This document shows positions 60,793 through 64,000 of a stretch of DNA of 64,000 nt, in pieces. Where the stretch lies: IMG/VR virus record IMGVR_UViG_3300047157_000063, positions 7,676 to 71,675 of that record; one strand, written 5' to 3'. The notes beneath the pieces were generated by a model. The model searched no databases. It saw only the letters and a program-made list of their open reading frames with translations, and had not been told where the DNA came from. This DNA is from a virus. The translations under genes and the position numbers were made by a program. The stretch's first letter is position 1, and each line of letters starts with the position of its first letter.

Positions 60793-63700
60793 TTACTTTT
60801 TTTTAACCTTAAAGCTTGATTCTTTTTTAAATCCTTGTTCTTCACCAAATTTAGCTTCTTTACCAAAGTTTGCTTTTATAAACTTTTCTATAACATTACC
60901 AGTGTCACTTTCTAATTGCCATTTTTGCCAACCAAGAGATAAAGCTATTCTTTTCCACATCTCATTATCTTCGTCCATAGCATCAGCTATGTTCTGATAT
61001 TTTATAAACGCTCTGTCTAAAGGAACGTTTGTGAAAGCTGAAACAACTTGACCACCAGCTAGATAAGCAGGGTTTGTCGGATCTAGTATTGACTTGCTTT
61101 TTATTTCGTCCATGTCATAATCTAATATTTTACCCGCACCTCTTAGTTTAGAAACTTTAGAATCTACAGGTGGAGATATATCCAACAACTTCAATGCTGA
61201 ATCAGCATATTTAGGTCTGTCTTTTTCGGATTGCTTCTTAAGATCTAATACCATATTTTTCATAGTGTCTATCGCGGCACCTTGCCAACCCATACCTCTT
61301 AGTATAGAACCTATCATTCCACTAGCTAGCATTGTAGTATCACTTTGTATACCTTCTTCCTCATCAAAAGCATCTTTAAACAGCGCTGATTGCAAAGCGT
61401 TGAATATAAAGTTTTGCACCATACCGTAGTAAGCTATCTTAGATACATTAGCTCTCCAGTCTCCACGTCCATTTTTTAAATCACTAGCAGCTCTTTGCAT
61501 TATACGAGCATATTGAGAAGGTGTGTTAGCAAAAGCTAAAACAACTCTACCTATATTACTAGCTTGCTGCATTGATATTCTATCAACTCTACTAGACTGT
61601 TGTGACTCTTCTGTTATTTCTCTAAACTCATCAAAAGCTTTTTGTTTTGCCTCTGCTTCACTAAATCCTTTTTTCTTGTATGTATTTATTCTATTTCTAT
61701 AAAAAGTAGCACCACCAGAAGCAATAGCGTGACTATCTGCAGCTCTTGTTAAAACAAAACCTTTATTTAATAAATAAGATATAGCTCCTTGTACTCCACT
61801 TTCTTTAGCGGCATCAGCTATTTCAGACTCGTTAACATTGATTTGATTACCACCTCTTCTTTCAACCATAAAATCAGACATTATTAATTCTGCATAATCT
61901 TTCCAATATTGTTTTTGATTTGCAAAAGCTTTAGCCATCATTAACGGGTTATTGTCATGCCAGTTTGTATAATTTATAGTTGATATAGTTTGAAGAACAG
62001 CTGATCTAGTATTTAAAAACATTATGGCACCAACAGAACTATTTACCCAATCTAATGCTTTACCTTCCATCTCACCCATTTTCCCAGACAGCATAAGATT
62101 TCTGTTTCTACCTGTCTTCATTCTTTTCAGCATGTTTTCCATAGCTGATCTCCAGTTAGAACCTAATGCAGCTTCCATTTTATTTAGGTTTTCAGGGCTA
62201 AATATCATATCAGAGTTTGTTTGCCACTCTTGAAGGTGTTTAGCTCTACTTACCTTATTTAAATTCTCGTATAAATCAGTTGTTATTGTTCCTGCTAACC
62301 AACTCTTTTTTGGAGCCATATAACCATCTCCTCTGTTTAAATCAATAAGTTGTTGTGAAAATCTTTTTAAAGCTGGACTTTTTTCCACGTAATCTGTTAA
62401 TGATTTTAGATCAGCAGCTGATAAATCAGGAACCTCCATACCTTGTTTTTTCCAAGTATAAACTCTTAAAGCTTGCTCTATAGTGTAAGGTTCTCCAGGT
62501 ACTTTTTTAGTGAGATCTTTAGGTATACCAGCTTTGATCAATTCTTTCTTCATAGCCTTGAAATCATTTATCATAGCCATTCTTTGAGCTGACAAAGCAT
62601 TGTTACCTCTAGCAAAAGTTTTTATTAATTTGTCTTTAAAAAACTGCATGTCAGCATCTCCTTGTTTTCCTTTACCTAAAAGTCTATATAACAAACCTTC
62701 AAAATCCTGAGCAGAAGAAGCCATCATCTTTCTTTTACCAGAATCCTTGCCCATAACAGCAGCCTTGCTTCTTGAATATGTTTTTTCTTTACCTATGCCA
62801 AACTTACGCTCTATCATTTCGTTAACTTTAACACTCATGTCTTTTGACTGCAAAGCTAATTGCACCTCACCCTTCATATCAATAACGTTAAGAACATCAC
62901 TAACTGCTTTAACATTTTTATAAGCGTCGTCAGCAAAGTAGAAGTCATTGTAACCTTTGGATGCTTTGTCTAATATCCAAAGCGCTTTAGCTTGAGGACT
63001 ACCATTTTCTAAGCCAGTTATATTTTTCAATGGTATCTCCAAACCTATACCTTTTAAAAACTTATGTATAGCATTTGCTGAGGCTTGTGGTCTTGCTGTT
63101 AAGACAAATATATCTTTACTACCAAATTTCCCTTGTCTTTTTAAAGCTAGATCAGCTAGCGGTCCTTTTTTACCATCAATAACTTTGTTAAACTCTGTGA
63201 AATCAAACTTAGCGCCTTTAGCTTCTAGAGCTTCTGATTGTTTAGCGAATTCTGTAGCGTTTATTTTTCCTTTTTTACCGTTGGGTAAAGTATAAAGCAC
63301 CATCGAGTTAGACTTAGCAAGGGTGTCATCAAAATCAAAAACACTTATACCTTTAGCTTTTTTAGACATCTTAGCTAGCCTTAACGCTTCTTCTATTTGA
63401 TTTAATTTTTTTATTATTTCTGGATTAGACAATGTTTTAGATTGAGCAGCTGAACCAGGAACAACTTTGTCAAGCCGTTTTAATAAATTACTTTTTATTT
63501 TGTTTATTGATTCTAAACTTTGTTTAACACCAACAAGGTCTTCTGTTATCTCTTTCGCTGTTTTACCTGTTTTTATATCTAAAGTTGTTGCTTGTATAAT
63601 AGCATCAACCATGTAGTTAGCTTTTGCTGATAAGCTTGTGTTGTAACCTTTAATAAAACCTGTGTTACCTCCCATTTCAGGAGAATCAGCTTCACCTTGT

Positions 63701-63999
63701 AATTCTTTTGTTATTATACTTTGTTTAAATATTTTTGATAGCTTTTTAAAATCACTAGTAAATTTAGCTTTATTACCAGCGTTGTTTAACATGTTTAGTA
63801 AGAAGTTACCGTTAAAATTAGCAACTTGAAATTCATGTTCACTGTGGTAAGCTTTTTCTGTTTTTTGAGTTGTAACACTTGTATGTGTGGCTAAACCTCT
63901 AGAAAAACCTTGGCCTATATTTGTTTGTATTTGTAAAAGAAACTGTATATTATTTAAAGCACTTATTTTGTCTGATGATGATTTGTAGTAATCAAATAT
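60793..63999 (-). CDS. Giant virion-associated (ejected/polyvalent) protein, C-terminal part, with embedded HAD phosphatase domain
   Basis: Frame is open from the window end (more than 1060 aa). HAD motifs ISVFDFDDTL, VLTAR, AK and FYFADDAYKN; helical C-terminal region typical of large internal virion proteins. Confidence 0.7.
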   Translation of the reverse strand: MFDYYKSSSDKISALNNIQFLLQIQTNIGQGFSRGLATHTSVTTQKTEKAYHSEHEFQVANFNGNFLLNMLNNAGNKAKFTSDFKKLSKIFKQSIITKELQGEADSPEMGGNTGFIKGYNTSLSAKANYMVDAIIQATTLDIKTGKTAKEITEDLVGVKQSLESINKIKSNLLKRLDKVVPGSAAQSKTLSNPEIIKKLNQIEEALRLAKMSKKAKGISVFDFDDTLAKSNSMVLYTLPNGKKGKINATEFAKQSEALEAKGAKFDFTEFNKVIDGKKGPLADLALKRQGKFGSKDIFVLTARPQASANAIHKFLKGIGLEIPLKNITGLENGSPQAKALWILDKASKGYNDFYFADDAYKNVKAVSDVLNVIDMKGEVQLALQSKDMSVKVNEMIERKFGIGKEKTYSRSKAAVMGKDSGKRKMMASSAQDFEGLLYRLLGKGKQGDADMQFFKDKLIKTFARGNNALSAQRMAMINDFKAMKKELIKAGIPKDLTKKVPGEPYTIEQALRVYTWKKQGMEVPDLSAADLKSLTDYVEKSPALKRFSQQLIDLNRGDGYMAPKKSWLAGTITTDLYENLNKVSRAKHLQEWQTNSDMIFSPENLNKMEAALGSNWRSAMENMLKRMKTGRNRNLMLSGKMGEMEGKALDWVNSSVGAIMFLNTRSAVLQTISTINYTNWHDNNPLMMAKAFANQKQYWKDYAELIMSDFMVERRGGNQINVNESEIADAAKESGVQGAISYLLNKGFVLTRAADSHAIASGGATFYRNRINTYKKKGFSEAEAKQKAFDEFREITEESQQSSRVDRISMQQASNIGRVVLAFANTPSQYARIMQRAASDLKNGRGDWRANVSKIAYYGMVQNFIFNALQSALFKDAFDEEEGIQSDTTMLASGMIGSILRGMGWQGAAIDTMKNMVLDLKKQSEKDRPKYADSALKLLDISPPVDSKVSKLRGAGKILDYDMDEIKSKSILDPTNPAYLAGGQVVSAFTNVPLDRAFIKYQNIADAMDEDNEMWKRIALSLGWQKWQLESDTGNVIEKFIKANFGKEAKFGEEQGFKKESSFKVKKK

Positions 64000-64000
64000 T

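Noticed and set aside
1-64000. Stop-codon reassignment as in some crAss-like phages
   Set aside because: Long ORFs (1698, 1215, 1199 aa) are open in code 11, breaks are frame changes rather than in-frame TAG/TGA, and no suppressor tRNA was seen.
1-64000. Prophage or integrative element
   Set aside because: No integrase, repressor cassette, att-like junction or host genes were seen; the whole window is phage-like.

Overview
A 64-kb, AT-rich segment of a lytic tailed phage with crAss-like (Crassvirales-related) gene content, probably infecting a Bacteroidota/flavobacterial host and read in the standard bacterial code. The minus-strand late arm (1-40270) carries tail, ring, capsid, scaffold, portal and terminase genes, many tail-fibre and LamG adhesin genes, a holin and GroES/GroEL. 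A non-coding switch region (about 40270-40860) is followed by a plus-strand early/replication arm (40860-57783) with small early ORFs, an initiator tRNA-Met, ligase, an HTH protein, a sigma factor, recombination proteins, primase-helicase, nucleotide-metabolism genes and NrdB/NrdA. A second minus-strand block (57815-64000) holds an endolysin, an exported-protein module and the 3' part of a giant protein. Many core genes are broken by indels, most likely assembly errors. Most notable: (1) a 121-nt tmRNA-like RNA with an Ala G3:U70 acceptor and T-arm but no mRNA domain, next to a second structured RNA; (2) six exact copies of a phage-specific motif ACA-N4-AAATACGAA-N6-TGGATAATA and a second promoter-like class; (3) a thymidylate-synthase homologue with the dCMP-specific Asp plus three MazG-fold proteins, suggesting cytosine modification, with no DNA polymerase in the replication arm; (4) a HAD phosphatase domain inside the giant protein; (5) a beta-barrel plus thioredoxin-like envelope module. 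All family calls come from motif recognition by eye; no database search was run.
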